DNA of 64,000 nt from Heteronotia binoei. Its lineage: Eukaryota. This document shows, in pieces, positions 10,761 through 23,807 of the stretch (within the stretch, counting starts at the first letter, position 1; the number at the start of each line of letters is the position of its first letter). The notes beneath the pieces were generated by a model that had not been told where the DNA came from, ran no database searches, and saw nothing but the letters and a program-made list of their open reading frames with translations. The stretch is from assembly GCF_032191835.1 (NCBI RefSeq), contig NC_083224.1:52018001-52082000 (forward strand). Direction: 5' to 3'. Made by a program: the position numbers and the translations under genes.

Positions 10761-13700
10761 AAGGGCAGATAAACTCCAGGATTGGGCACCAAATCAATAG
10801 GTTACCAGTCAATGCCTGTGCAATAAGGAAGTAATATTTTTCCTGAGGGTGTGCTTTGGGGGGCTCCTATCAAGTTCCCATTCTGATGGGCTCCTCTTTT
10901 GTCCTGACTTTGTAGATGTTTTTATTGTTCACAGCCCAGCCCAGAAGGATTTTTTTTAAATAAAAAAATTAACTAAACTCACAGTAAAGTTTGGCTTTGC
11001 CAGTGCTGCAACTGTTGAACAGTCCAGTGCTTCAGTATTTCACCACAGAGGAGCCTTAAGCACAGCAGTGTTTATAGGATGTCTGCTCCTACTAGGAGAC
11101 CAGGAGGTTAAACAAATATTGTAAATTCCCCATTGCCTTTTATCTCTAATGGCTGCATCTGAGACCCTAGCAAAAAAAAAAAAAAAAAAAGAGGCTCTCC
11201 AGGGGAAGGTGGAATAAGGGACAATTGTAGAAGCCCTGGAAGATTATACGTTTCTGCCACCTTGTGGCAGATGAAGATAAGTAAAAGAGATCTATTGGAA
11301 GTGGTTGTGCCTGAGTCCGAAGACAGCCTCAGAGAAAGCAACCTATTGCACACTGGTTTCAGATGCAAATTGGCTCTTCTTGCAACACATTGCTCCTCCA
11401 CGGCCTATTGAACTGGTTGAATGAGTCCTTTGCCTTCACCTGCCCCAGCCTTCTTCCAAGGGGTTCAAGACAGCTGGTTCTTTTTATCCTGCAAAACACC
11501 CTGTGAGGTTGATTATGTGCAAATGTGTGGCCCAAGACCATCCAGTCAGTTTCATATGAGAGCCCTGTAAGCTCTTGGAGGATTGGGTACATCAGGGGTG
11601 TGTGGCCTAATATGCAAAGAAGTTCCTGCTACAAAAAAAAAGCCCTGGGTATTTGACCCCCAGCTTAGTCCAACGCTATAACATGCTGGCTCAGCATCAG
11701 GGGTGACAACCTCAAACATGTGCTTATGATTAGAGCCATTTCACAACCAAAACAATTGAGCTGAGGCAGTGTCAAGCAATCCTGGCTTTCTGACAATGGC
11801 ACCTCTATGTTGCAGGTGCTTCACACTTAGATATACTCTTAATAATTACTAATTACTAGTTATATATACTCAATAATTACAAATAATAACAATTAGAGAA
11901 GAGAATAGCAAGAGTCCAGTAGCACCTCAAAAGATTAACAAAATTTGTGGCAGAGTATGAGCTCTCATGAGTCACTGTTCACTTCTTCAGCTGTGGATCC
12001 CCCTTTTTCCTGTCTTCTCCCCACTATTGAGCTTTCACTGCATTATGTACTCTTATGCCAGGATATACTGAAGACATGGAGGGTCAGGATATACTGACGA
12101 TATCGGAGTTATGCCAGCACCAAGCCTGCTAGCAACACACTGTTATAACTCTGCACTGTTGTTAGAATAGGGCAGCATCTGGGTTATATTGCGGGTGGAG
12201 CCAGGCTTAGTCAGCGCCCAAACTTTCTTCAGTCTGCAGCCAATCACAGTCCTTGTATAAAGAGTCATATAAACCCCAGCCAGGACTTGTAAATCTCAGA
12301 TGACAGGGTGCATGGCTTAAAGTCATCACTCCCTGTCCCTCTGGTATGCATACTTTGAATGCAGCTGGTGGAAATTGAGGGTACTTTGCACAAATAGCCA
12401 AGGGAGAAAATAAACTGATGTAGCACACTATGAACTCTTCTGTGTGTAGAACCCTTGCAGGCACTCCAGGTCAGAAGATGGACATCTAACAAGAGTCTTC
12501 TTCACACCTCTGACTGGGTACACAAAGGCAATGCACTCTACACAGCTAAGCATGGGAGGGGCATCTTTTACATAAGAGAAGGACAGGTATAAGTGTTTTA
12601 AGCTGTCCCACCTCCTCATCTGTCCTGTGTATTGCCTCAGCAACCCCCTCCTCCTCAACAACTGCTGGCAGTCAGTAGGGACAGGGTGAAAAGGTAGGGA
12701 CAGGGTGAAAAGGTGGGGGCTACCAATCTGCCAGCAGCAAGTAACTGTTGTGTTCTTAGCTTGCTGCCATTGCTGGTACAACTCCCTATTCATGGAGGGC
12801 TCAAGCCCAGTCTCTTCTGACTAGCAGCTGCTGGCTAAACCCTGATGGTGCCTGTTGCCTTGCAGGATCGGAGCCAGCTTTCATCTTCTGGCCTTGATCT
12901 TGCATCATTGCAAACTGCTTAAAGAATGGGGGGAGGGTTGTTGTTTTTAAACCTGGACAGTTATCCTTCTCATAAGCACACAGTGATAGGGATTCTGCAG
13001 TAAGCTTGATGCTGTTCAAAAAATGTATGGATTCTCTTGCAGTTGCCTGTTTGATTAGAGGTAAGGTAGGGATCAACTTCCACACCATGCTCCAGGCTGA
13101 CCTCCACTGTCTACAGCATGGGAATAGTTTCAGAGGGTAGCCATGTTAGACTGCTGTAGAACAGCTAGATTCAAGTCCAATAGCACCTTAGAGACTAACA
13201 AGCTTCTCTGAGTATGAGCTTTCAAGAATCAAAGCTCCTTTCATCAGGTATCTGACAATCAGTAGAAAGAGGAAAGCCTAGGCCACGTTCCCAGTGTTGC
13301 ACAGGAAGTGCCATCATCACAGTGACTTCTGGGTGATGCTGTGGTATTGGGCAAAAATTCTGTGGTAGAAGTCAGTTTTGCCATGGAGTTTTTGCACAAA
13401 TACCAGAGCATCATCCAGAAATTGCTGGTATGAGACGCCCTGTGTGACACCAGCAATGTGGCCTTTGCCTTTCTTTCAATAAGTCCCTCCCCATCCCCTG
13501 CTGGTTGCCAAGAGGGACCACCTGGCAACCCTATCCACACCCCAAATCTCCAGGTATGTTCCAACCCAAAGCTGGCAGCCCCACTCCAGGTGGGGCCTGG
13601 ACATCTCTCAGAATTACAGCTGATCTCCAGATGGCAGGGATCAATTCCCATTGAGAAAATGGCTGTATTGAAGGATGGACTGCATCAGGTTGCCATCTTG

Positions 13701-13788
13701 CAGGCGGGGCCTGGAGATCTGGAATAACAACTTTTTAGCAGATTTTTAGCAGAGATCAGTTTTCCTGGAGAAAATGACTGCTTGCATG

Positions 13789-14056
13789 TTTGGTGTAGTG
13801 GTTAAGTGTGTGGACTCTTATCTGGGAGAACCGGGTTTGATTCCCCACTCCTCCAATTGCAGCTGCTGGAATGGCCTTGGGTCAGCCATAGCTCTGGCAG
13901 AGGTTGTCCTTGAAAGGGCAGCTGCTGCGAGAGCTCTCAGCCCCACCCACCTCACAGGGTGTCTTTTGTGGGGGAGGAAGGTAAAGGAGATTGTGAGCCG
14001 CTTTGAGACTCTTCGGAGTGGAGGGCGGGATATAAATCCAGTATCTTCTTCTTCTT
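13789..14056 (+). mobile_element. Full-length Squam3-type (gecko) tRNA SINE inserted into a Blackjack-like MITE
   Basis: tttggtgtagtggttaagtgtgtggactcttatctgggagaaccgggtttgattcccc...gggcggggatataaatcc(TTC)n; TSD cttgcatg (13781-13788 and 14057-14064). Confidence 0.85.
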
Positions 14057-14699
14057 CTTGCATGGTGGACTTTATGGCATTATTATACCCCACTGAGGGC
14101 CCTCCTCTCCCCAAACTCTGCCTTCCTCAAGCTGTATCACCCAAATTTCCAGGAATTTCCCAAGCCAGAGCTGGGATTTCAGTGGATTTGATGCCACAGA
14201 GTCCAACTTCTAAGACAGCCATTCTCACCAGATAAACTGATCTCTGCCACTTGGAGACTACTTTTAATCCAGTTCCTAGCAGATCACCAGCCACCACCTG
14301 GAGAGCTGGCTACTAGGCTGGATGCTATGCCATAGCTGTTGCGAGATGCCTGGTACTCCTGTATGCCCAGCTGGGTGCATGATTAGGGAAGTAATCCGGA
14401 GAGTCTGAAGTGTTCAATTTTCGTTTGGCTTTTCCCGGTCTGTTTTGGGGCTGATGATCAGCCTGTTGATAGGCAAAAGGTGGGATTTGCCTTTTTGTGG
14501 TGCTGAGGGGATCCGAATCTCTTTACTAACTTAGCCAATTCCCCAGGGAACTCTACTTGACAACATACAGTCAGTTAATATACTGTTCAACCTGGGGTTG
14601 TGCACTGTACAAATAAGAACATAAGAGGCGCCCTGCTGGGTGCTGCATCACATGGCCACTAAAGCTGATCGAGTGACTGGTTGTCTCTGGAGGATGTTG

Positions 14700-15340
14700 A
14701 GGTTCTGGGGCGAGCCTACCATTTTTAAGCCAGCCTTCTGATTTCCTGTGTGCCTACTGGGAAGACACAGGGTGCCGAAGGTGAGTTGCCATTCACTGTC
14801 CCTTCCAGTTGCCCTTCGCTTTCCCTGCCGCAAGTCTGCGCTCGTCGAGCCAAAGGCTCGCAACTGCAACACCAGTTTCGGCATGACCCTCTTCCCTTGC
14901 CGTTGTCCGCTTATCTCACGTGATGAGAGGCACGTGGCTAAAGCCGTCCCTATTGGTCAGGCCGTGGGGCCGGCGCTCACGTGAGCGTGCGGGTGGCTTC
15001 CGTGCGGTGATCGCGGGGCGCGCGGAGCTTGGGGCCTGGTGGGGGACGATGAGTGGCGGCCGGCGGAAAGAGGACCAGACGTCGCACTCGCAGCAGCACC
15101 TGGTGGCCAACGGCGGCGGCGTCCTGCGGGGCTCGCTGTGGAGCAAGGCGCTGCGGAGCGACTCCGCCTGGGAGGACAAGGTGAGGCTCGGCTGGGGCTT
15201 GCTCGGCCCGTCGTGCTGTCGTCCTGCGGCTCCCTCCGGATAGACAATGTGATAGGGGCGAGCGTGGGCTGCAGCCCTGAGCGCCCCTCAAGGGGAGGAA
15301 GGACGGGTAGGTGGAAGGATCGCCCTGTGGAGGCCCCGTG
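14700..15340 (+). promoter_or_regulatory. RAB5IF CpG-island promoter with three CACGTG E-boxes and an inverted CCAAT box
   Basis: High CpG density; TCACGTGA at 14916-14923 and 14977-14984, CACGTG at 14931-14936, ATTGG at 14952-14956, all just upstream of the ATG. Confidence 0.8.
15049..15180 (+). CDS. RAB5IF: RAB5IF coding exon 1
   Basis: ATG at 15049, 44 codons ending WEDK, donor AAG|gtgagg. Confidence 0.96.
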
Positions 15341-18300
15341 ATTGTCCTGTTATTTGCGAAGTGTCCTGAGAGTGGAAGGGAGACTTGGGAGTCATGTGAG
15401 GATAATTAGCCCTGTCGGTCAGCAATAGAACAGCTAGACTCGAATCCCATAATACGTTACTTAGACTCTCTAAGGCTTAGAGACAGCAAGATTTTCAGGG
15501 ATGAGCTTTCTAGAGTCAGCGCTCCTGTCCTCAGGGAATCCAGAATAGATCTCTTAGTGGAGGAGAGGAGGAGTGGATGGCTGGCCTGTTGATTCACTTT
15601 TCTTAACTTAAGCGCTGGCCTGTTTTTTAAAAATGTGGTGCTGCAATATGTAGAGGATTGCATTACTCGATCACTGGTATGAAAGATTTCCAGGGTAATT
15701 CAGTGAGTTTGTTGTGGCAAAGCTTTACAAAACACTTCATCATCTGACATCAACCATGGTGGCCTCACTTTGATAGGAATGTAGAATATAAATACGTATG
15801 GAGGGGTATTGCCTGCTATTGTTATTCTTTATGTACAGCTAGTATCATATAAAAACATTGCAGATTGTGTTTCATGACCTTTTGACACCAAGCTTAAACT
15901 TTTTCTTTTGTTTGAGTATCTATATATCTGCCAACTGAGAATATACTTCTTGTTTCTGAAGAATGAAGGCCACAAAAAGCTTACTCTATGGTTTTTGTGG
16001 TGCCGTAACCTTCTTTCTTTAAGGTGGTGTGGTTTGTGTTTATGATGTTGGCTAGTGTGAAACAACTTGTTCATGGGGGTACATTATCAGATTGTGTGAT
16101 GACTTGGGCAATTGATGTATTTCTCAATAATTTATAATAAAAAGGCTCTGAAGACAAAGGAGTCCAGATGTTTTCAGAGCCTATTTCCCCCCAATCTTAC
16201 CCAAGGTCAGTAGGTAAAAACAGATTGACCACCCCTGGGCCAAAAGAAGTTAAACTTCGGACTACCTATGCACGGGCCTTCTCTACCGCGGCCCCTTCCT
16301 TGTGGAATCAACTCCCAGAGGAGGTGCGGGCCCTGCGGAACCTTGATCAGTTCCGCAGGGCCTGCAAGACCACCCTTTTCAAACAGGCATTCATGAACGG
16401 CTGACCAAGTCCACAAAGAAACATCAAAATGGTCCAGTCTGGAGATCCGCCATCATTACACAAACTGACAGGCATAGCGTCGATTAATAACGGTACTGTC
16501 AGATCTAACTTAATGTTTTTAGACTTAGTAACTGTTTTAACTAATGTATTAATCGGTTTGGGGTTAATTTAATGTTTTGTTAAATGTATTGTTATTTTGC
16601 TGTTGTTAGCCGCCCTGAGCCTGCTTGGCGGGGGAGGGCGGGATATAAATAAAATTTTACTTACTTACTTACTTACTTACAATCTTACAGGATCCACTCT
16701 GGAAGGTATGTGTATGAATTATAGGGCTATTCACAAATATAAAATTTTGATCTTGTTTTTTCTCTGCAGGATGAGTTTCTAGATGTGATTTATTGGTTCC
16801 GGCAGATCATTGCTGTTATTTTGGGAGTGATCTGGGGCATTGTTCCACTAAAAGGATTTATAGGCATAGCAATGTAAGTTTTTTGTTGTTAAATATTCTA
16901 CAGCTGGTAACAGTAGTAGGTTAAGCACTTGAGATGACAAGGTGATAGAAATCTTTCTCCATGTACATTGCTGGAAGTCATCAATTCACAAATGGTGAGA
17001 GTCTGCAGTCTTCTTGCATTGGATTGTGCATGAAATACAGAAGAGTGAAGGTCAGAGAAGATTATTAATTTTTTTACTCAGTGCAGATAGGAAAAAAGGA
17101 AGCCAAAACATTGGAAAGTATTAATACTGAAGATAATATTAAATTCTTACTTAGAACAGAATAAAGATTTCCCCCCCAAAAAAAGTCATTCTGTGTATAG
17201 AGAATTTTCAGTTGAAAGCCTACAGCAGCTGGGTTGGATCTAGCCTAAATTTTCCAATGGCAGAATGGAACTTTCCTTCCTCCCAGCTCCATGGCATGCT
17301 GCTCCTGGGCTCTGGGGGATCCCAAGGAATGACCGGGAAGGGGGGGGAGGAGGCATGGTTAACAGAAAAGAAGAATCAGTAGAACTTGCCAGTGTAGTCT
17401 GGATCAGGGTAAACTCCTGGATGACAGTCACTCTGATGCCTAAAGTGTTTATACATTTCAAGTCTGTGCAGGATTTGTACCCAAAATGGTAGCTTTGGCT
17501 GAACATTTATACTGATATATTGGAAACCCATGGTTTCTTCTATCTCTAGCGATAACTAGTTTTAAAAAGCAAAGAGTGCTAACTGGAGTTAGTAAACAAA
17601 GTAGCATATGGAGTCCTTGCATGCATTTCAATTCTCTAACTTAGCCAGTTTCACAGCTCTGCAAGAGTGCTTCAGGTGCTTGCTGTAGCTCTTCTTATAG
17701 ATTCATTTGTCTGGCCATCAGGAAAACCTCCTATGCTTGCCATGTTGAAATGCATTGGAGCTGGGTTCTCAAGCATCTTGTTAAATTCACTGAAGCTTTC
17801 ACAGGTTATCTTCCTGATGGATCATGGCTTAAGTATTTGAATGCATACTGTCATTTTAAAATGGTGGCTTTCAATTGCTGTTATTTTCTTCCTCTCCAGA
17901 TTCTGCCTCATAAATGCCGGTGTCCTATACCTCTATTTTAGTAGCTTCCAGCAAATAGATGAAGAGGAGTATGGAGGAACATGGGAGCTAACAAAGGAAG
18001 GGTTCATGACATCTTTCGCATTGTTTTTGGTAAATTTATGTTACATGTTCTTAGATGTGAGGCCTTATGTACAGAGCCACAATATAAAATAAGAGGCAGA
18101 TTATCACTCCATGAAACTTTTAAAAATGTTTAACTAGTGGGAAAAGAAGCAAAGAAGAGGTGAGGGAACAAAAAGATAAGTTGCACTATATGATTGCAGC
18201 TTTAGAGAGTTATATGTATTATTTGTCATTGAGTTTGATAGATACATTAGAAGACTCAGGCAGGCAAAACTTTTCTTTACTGGCATCAGTGATGTCCTTG

Positions 18301-19901
18301 TCTTGTACTACTATGAACAATGAGTCAAGGAAAACGTGGCATTTGACTGTACTCACTGTGCAAAATAACCTAAAATACTAATGACAAGAGTAGGCAAAAC
18401 AAGTTTTCTGGAGTTTCATAGTGCAGTCCTATGCAGACTGAATCTAGTAGACTTAGACCGAAGTAACAGGATAAGATTACTCTGTCAGTCAGACCCTTGC
18501 CAGTCCGGCTTTCACCCGGGTTATGGGACGGAGACAGTACTGGTCGCCCTGGTAGATGATCTCCAATGGCACCTGGATTGGGGCGGTGTGACGGTGCTGA
18601 TGTTGTTAGATCTGTCGGCCGCGTTCGACACGGTCGACCATCGGCTACTGACCCGCCGCCTCGCCGATATAGGGGTGAGGGGGTCTGCCTTACAATGGCT
18701 CTCCTCCTTCCTCGAGGATCGGGGACAAAGGGTGGCAATTGGTGGCGAGCGGTCCCGGAGGCGCACACTGGATTGTGGAGTGCCTCAGGGGGCAGTTCTC
18801 TCACCAATGTTATTCAATATCTATATGCGCCCTCTTGCCCAGATTGCCAGGAGATATGGACTTGGGTGCCATCAATATGCAGATGACACCCAACTCTATC
18901 TGCTGATGGACGGCCGGCCTGACTGCGTCCCTGAGAATTTAGACCGGGCCTTGCAGGATATGGCAACGTGGTTGAGGGGGAGCGGGCTGAAACTGAATCC
19001 AGCGAAGACAGAAGTCCTTTGCCTGGGTCGGGGCGCCCGGGAAGGGGAAATACCTCTTCCGGTCTTCGACGGGGCGCCACTGAAAGTGGCGCACCGGGTT
19101 AGGAGTCTGGGAGTTCTACTGGAGCCTTCATTATCAATGGAGGCCCAGATTGCAGCCACTGCCAAGTCAGCCTTTTTCCACCTGAGGCGGGCAAGGCAGC
19201 TGGCTCCCTTCCTAGAGCGCCAAGATCTGGCAACGGTCACCTCGAGACTGGATTACTGTAATGCCCTCTACATGGGGCTGCCTCTGTACCGAACCCGGAA
19301 GCTGCAGCTGGTGCAGAACGCAGCGGCCAGACTGTTGCTGGGGCTCCCTAAATGGGAGCACATACAGCCTGGACTGTGCGAGCTGCACTGGCTGCCAGTT
19401 ATATACCGGGTTCGTTACAAAGTGTTGGTCATTACCTTTAAAGCCATATATGGTCGAGGACCTGTCTACCTTAGGGACCATCTTTCCCCATATGAACCCC
19501 AGAGAGCACTGAGGTCAGCTGGAAAAAACTTGTTGACCACCCCCGGACCAAGAGAGGTGAAGCTGCAATGCACCCGCAATCGGGCCTTCTCCTCTGTAGC
19601 CCCGAACCTATGGAACCAACTTCCAGAGGAAATGCGGGCCCTGCGGGACCTTGAACAGTTCTGAAAGGCCTGCAAGGCCTTCCTCTTCCGACTGGCTTTC
19701 GCTGACGAAGAAAGTAATTGCTAATGATTACTGCCATCATAAAAGAACAAATAGCATTAGCACTTTTATCACTTAATTAATTAATTAATTTTAAACTTAT
19801 CAGAATTTTAATGTTAAATGTAACTTTGTTTTTTGTATAACTGAATGATGTTGTTGGCCGCCCTGAGCCTGCTCCGGCGGGGAGGGCGGGATATAAATAA
19901 A

Positions 19902-19989
<88 letters not shown>

Positions 19990-22900
19990 GAATATTTGAA
20001 GTTCTGGGTACATTCTGGATTTAAACATAGGCACTATCCTTACACACACACAGGCATATATCTTTGTCTCAGTGTATGTTGGAGAAACATATCTAAGAAG
20101 CCGTTCTTTCTCATTATTATTATTAGTTTATTTCTATTCCACCCCTTCCCCCTTTTGGGGGTCTCAGAGTGGAGTACAACAATTTAAATTAAGATTACAA
20201 TAAAATCATAATAAAATCAACTTCAGCAACCAGTAAAGTGCAATAGGTTAGTTCAGCATGATGATATGAAGCGAGATAGTATAGCACCACAATACAGTGG
20301 TGCAGCAGGCCATAAGGGCGTAGGGGGAGGCCAACCAATCTAATAGGCGGATAGATGCCCGCTACCTCATCCAAAGACCTGGCGGAACAGCTCTGTTTTA
20401 CAGGCCCTATGAAAGGCCAACAAGCCAGGTAGGGCCTGGATCTCCATAGGGAGCTGATTCCACCAGGTCGGGGCCAGGACTGAAAAAGCCCTGGCCCTGG
20501 TAGAGGCAAGACGGGCATCCCTTGGGCCGGCAACTATCAGAAGATCTCGGGAGGCCAAACAAAGCGACCTCTGGGGTGTATATGGAAGGAGACGGTCCCG
20601 CAGGTATGTTGGTCCCAGGCCACATAAGGCTTTAAAAGTCAAAACTAACACCATGAAATGGATCCGGTATTCTATAGGCAGCCAGTGCAGGTCGCGGAGC
20701 GCTGGCTGTATGCTCACCCATATAGGTGATGCAGTCAGCAGGTGAGCTGCCGCATTCTGCACCTGCTGCAGTTTCCGGATCAGTTTCAGGGGCAAACCAG
20801 CGTAGACCAAGTTACAGTAGTCCAGCCTGGAAGTGGCCATTGCATGGATCACTGTAGCCAGATTTTGGGACGATAGGTATGGTGCTAGCTGCCTGATCTG
20901 CCATAGATGGAAGAAGGCAGACCATGCAGCTGTTGTGACCTGGACTTCCATGGAGAGGGAGGCATCCGGAATCACTCCCAGACTCTTCACCTGCTGGGCT
21001 GGTACCAAAGCGGCATCGCCCAGGGCTGGGAGCTGGATGCACGAACCCACCCCCCTCAATTCAGGTACAGAACCTCAGTTGGATTTAACTTCAGTCGACT
21101 CTGATGTAGCCACCCAGCCACGGCTTCTAATGCCTCTGCCAGCTGTTCAGGGGTGGAAGACAGTCTGCTGTCCATCAACAGGTAGAGCTGGGTGTCATCA
21201 GCGTACTGGTGACAACCCAGTCCAAAACCTTGGGCAATCTGGGCAAGAGGGCGCATATAGATGTTAAATAATGTAGGTGAGAGAATAGCTTCCTGCGGCA
21301 CTCCACATATAAGTGAGTGTCGCAGAGAGATCTGCTCGCCAAGCATCACCCTTTAGCCCCGTCCCCGGAGGAAGGAGGAAAACCATTGTAAGGCCACCCC
21401 CCGTACCCCAGCGACGGCAAGGCGGTGGGTCAATAGGTTGTAGTTGACCATGTCAAATGCTGCTGATAAATCAAGAAAAATCAGCAGTGCTGACCCGCCT
21501 TGGTCCAGATGCCTTCTAAGGTCGTCTGTGAGGGCAACTAGTACCATCTCCATCCCATGGCCCGGGCGGAAGCCGGACTGGAATGGGTCCAGGGCGGATG
21601 TTTCATCCAGGAAAAGCTGCAGCTGCTCCACTACTGCTTTCTCAACTACCTTTCCCAGGAACGGCAGGTTCGAAACTGGGTGGTAGTTAGCTAGGATGCT
21701 AGGGTCCAGTGAAGGTTTTTTCAAAAGCGGGCGAATTACAGCCTCCTTTAATCTCTCTGGGAATGTCCCACTTGTCAGGGACAGGTTAACAATATCATCC
21801 AGAGAGTCCCTGATATCATCCTGGCAAGCCTTCACAAGCCAGGATGGACAGGGGTCCAGGGGGCAGGTGGTAGACTTCACTGCTGCTAGGATCCTGTCTA
21901 CATCCTCCAATGCAAGTCAGCTGAAGCGGTCCAATATTGGACCATCCGACGGCCAAGGAGCTTCCAGTTCACATACTGTATCAACCGTGACTGGGAGGTC
22001 CTGGTGGAGAGTCAAGATTTTATCTGCAAAATATGTCGCAAAACCCTCAGAGCCAATATCCAATTCCCTTTTTGGTTGCTCGATGGCAAGGTTGTCAAAG
22101 ACCAAATCATTCTAAATAATTGGGCTGGGCACAACTGCAGACTCTATGGAGGTCGCATAGAAAGTTTTCTTGGCGGACTTCACAGCCTTCTCATAGACGT
22201 CATAAGCGTTCTATAAGAGGTTCTGGACTCTTCATCACGAGCATACCGCAACTCTCTCTCTTAACCGTCTAAGCTACCGTTTCATCCTTAGGTCCAAGGA
22301 ATACCAAGGAGCTGCTTTGGTACGGCAGCAAAGAGGGCGCCAGGGGGCGATGTTGTCAATGGCAGTGGAGAGTCAGGAATGCCAATCCTCCACAAGCTCA
22401 TCTAACGACCCACCAGGGGGCATCAGATCCCGCAGGGCTTCTTGGAACCATTCTGGGTCCATTTGGCTCTGTGGACGAGCGTAAATCTGCTCGCCACTTA
22501 AACAGGGCGGAAGTTGCAAGTCCAGCCAGACTTTCAAGGCATAGTGGTCTGACCATGGAACAGCATTTGCCGCCATCAAATCCACTGATATTCCTGCCCT
22601 GAAGATCAAATCTAGCGTGTGACCGGCCTGGTGTGTGGGAACGAATACAAATTGGTTGAGTCCCAGCGTCTCCATGGATGACACCAGGTCCTGTGCCTGC
22701 AAGGACGCCGCGTCATCAACGTGGACATTGAAATCCCCCAGAACTAAAAGTCAGGGGAAGTCCAATGCCCAAGTGGACACCGTGTCTAGCAGGGCAGGTA
22801 GGCTCTCCGATGGTGCATCAGGCGGTCGGTACACCACCCAGATCGCCACACTGTCCTCAGTTTCCCACATCAGGCCAGTGCACTCTATGCCAGCAATATT

Positions 22901-23807
22901 CAGATCAGGCAGTGCCCTGAAAGAAAAAGAGTTTCGGATGAGCACAGCAACTCCCCTCCACCCATTTGTCCGAGACTGGTGAAAGACATCAAACCCAGGC
23001 GGGGTAAGCTGGTTCAAGGTGACAGTTTCACCATCCCAAACCCAGGTCTCCGTCATACAGGCCAGGTCGATTTGCTGTTCCATAATAAAATCCCGTAACG
23101 TGGCGGACTTATTATTAATGGACCTGGCATTAACACCAGTGAAGGAGATGGGTAATTTATCCTAGCCCCGCAACCAGCATGCCTCGGGATGGGACATCGG
23201 TGGGAGGATATCCGAGTTTTTCCATATCTCCGACTCCCTCTCTGTTTTCGCAACCTATTCCCACCATCATACCTTCCCCGCCCTATTACAACTGAAATCC
23301 CCGACCCTGACATGGCCTCCTCCATGCAATGCTATACAAGCAGTGTAATTTCTAACAGTTGGAATGCTGACCCCTCTTGCAAAGTTTCTTCTTGACCACG
23401 GGACCAAATTGAAGTTTTGTTTTTCAAAAAAGAAGAAAACAGAATAGGAATTTTGTGGGCATGTGGTGCTAGTTAATAATTATTGTATGGCATTGTGTGT
23501 CGCATAGCCAGGAGATCCAAAGATTGTCTGACAGCCTTAAGTTTTAGCTCTTTTGTGGCAAGCTTGACTTGTTCTGAAAGCGCTGTGATGAACCCAAGGC
23601 CACCTAGCTGGCTTTATGTTTAGGAGTGGGGAATTGAACCCAGTTCTGCAGATTAGAGTCCGCTGCTCTTAACCATTACACCTAACTGGCTCTTAATCAG
23701 CATGTGGTGATAAAGAGTAAGACCTCTTGCTGATGCTGCCTTTCTTTTTTTGTGCTCCCTTCTAGGTTGTCTGGATAATCTTCTACACTGCCATCCATTA
23801 TGATTGA
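15049..23807 (+). CDS. RAB5IF: RAB5-interacting factor (C20orf24/RCAF1/OPTI), complete 4-exon CDS: join(15049-15180,16770-16873,17900-18029,23766-23807), 135 aa
   Basis: Spliced translation MSGGRRKE...WSKALRSDSAWEDK|DEFLDVIYWFRQIIAVILGVIWGIVPLKGFIGIAI|FCLINAGVLYLYFSSFQQIDEEEYGGTWELTKEGFMTSFALFL|VVWIIFYTAIHYD* closely matches human RAB5IF as I recall it; all introns are GT-AG with consistent phases. Confidence 0.97.
16195..16681 (+). mobile_element. L2 LINE 3' fragment in RAB5IF intron 1, (TTAC)n tail
   Basis: Encodes TPGPKEVKLRTTYARAFSTAAPSLWNQLP (L2 ORF2 C-terminus); terminal gccgccctgagcc...gggcgggatataaataaa. Confidence 0.85.
16770..16873 (+). CDS. RAB5IF: RAB5IF coding exon 2
   Basis: Acceptor tctctgcag|GAT, DEFLDVIYWFRQ..., donor AT|gtaagt. 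Confidence 0.96.
17900..18029 (+). CDS. RAB5IF: RAB5IF coding exon 3
   Basis: Acceptor cctctccag|A, FCLINAGVLYLYF...EEEYGGTWELTKEGFMTSFALFL, donor TTG|gtaaat. Confidence 0.96.
18485..19989 (+). mobile_element. 5'-truncated L2 LINE with long open RT frame, (ATCT)n tail; RAB5IF intron 3
   Basis: DPCQSGFHPGYGTET, LLDLSAAFDTVDH, GVPQGAVLSP, YADDTQLY, SRLDYCN, LQLVQNAAARL motifs in ORF 18381-19664. Confidence 0.95.
19904..19989. repeat. (TATC)n microsatellite, tail of the L2
   Basis: Direct read. Confidence 0.95.
20112..23330 (-). mobile_element. Near-complete degenerate L2 ORF2 (APE endonuclease plus RT), antisense in RAB5IF intron 3
   Basis: Frameshifted pieces: NARSINNK..IDLACMTETW (APE), WSDHYAL, LDPCPSWLVK, YHPVSNLPFLGKVVE, DLSAAFD, YADDTQLY, SRLDYCN, AFSVLAPTWWNQLP; (AAT)n tail near 20112-20125. 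Confidence 0.93.
23766..23807 (+). CDS. RAB5IF: RAB5IF coding exon 4 (stop TGA)
   Basis: Acceptor ctcccttctag|GTT, VVWIIFYTAIHYD*. Confidence 0.95.
   Translation, partial: VVWIIFYTAIHYD

Noticed and set aside
12672-12716. 19-nt tandem repeat gtagggacagggtgaaaag x2 (also a short tandem duplication of about 30 nt near 39360-39415)
   Set aside because: Ordinary short slippage duplications; two units only, not CRISPR-like and no evident function.
13789-13860. Possible tRNA genes (also near 52704, 54783, 62840)
   Set aside because: These are SINE heads with A/B boxes but no complete cloverleaf, embedded in repeated SINE bodies.
14916-15341. Multiple overlapping ORFs on both strands around RAB5IF exon 1 (likewise 50531-51499 around GGT7 exon 1)
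   Set aside because: Expected stop-codon depletion in GC-rich CpG islands; only the RAB5IF and GGT7 frames have homology and splice support.
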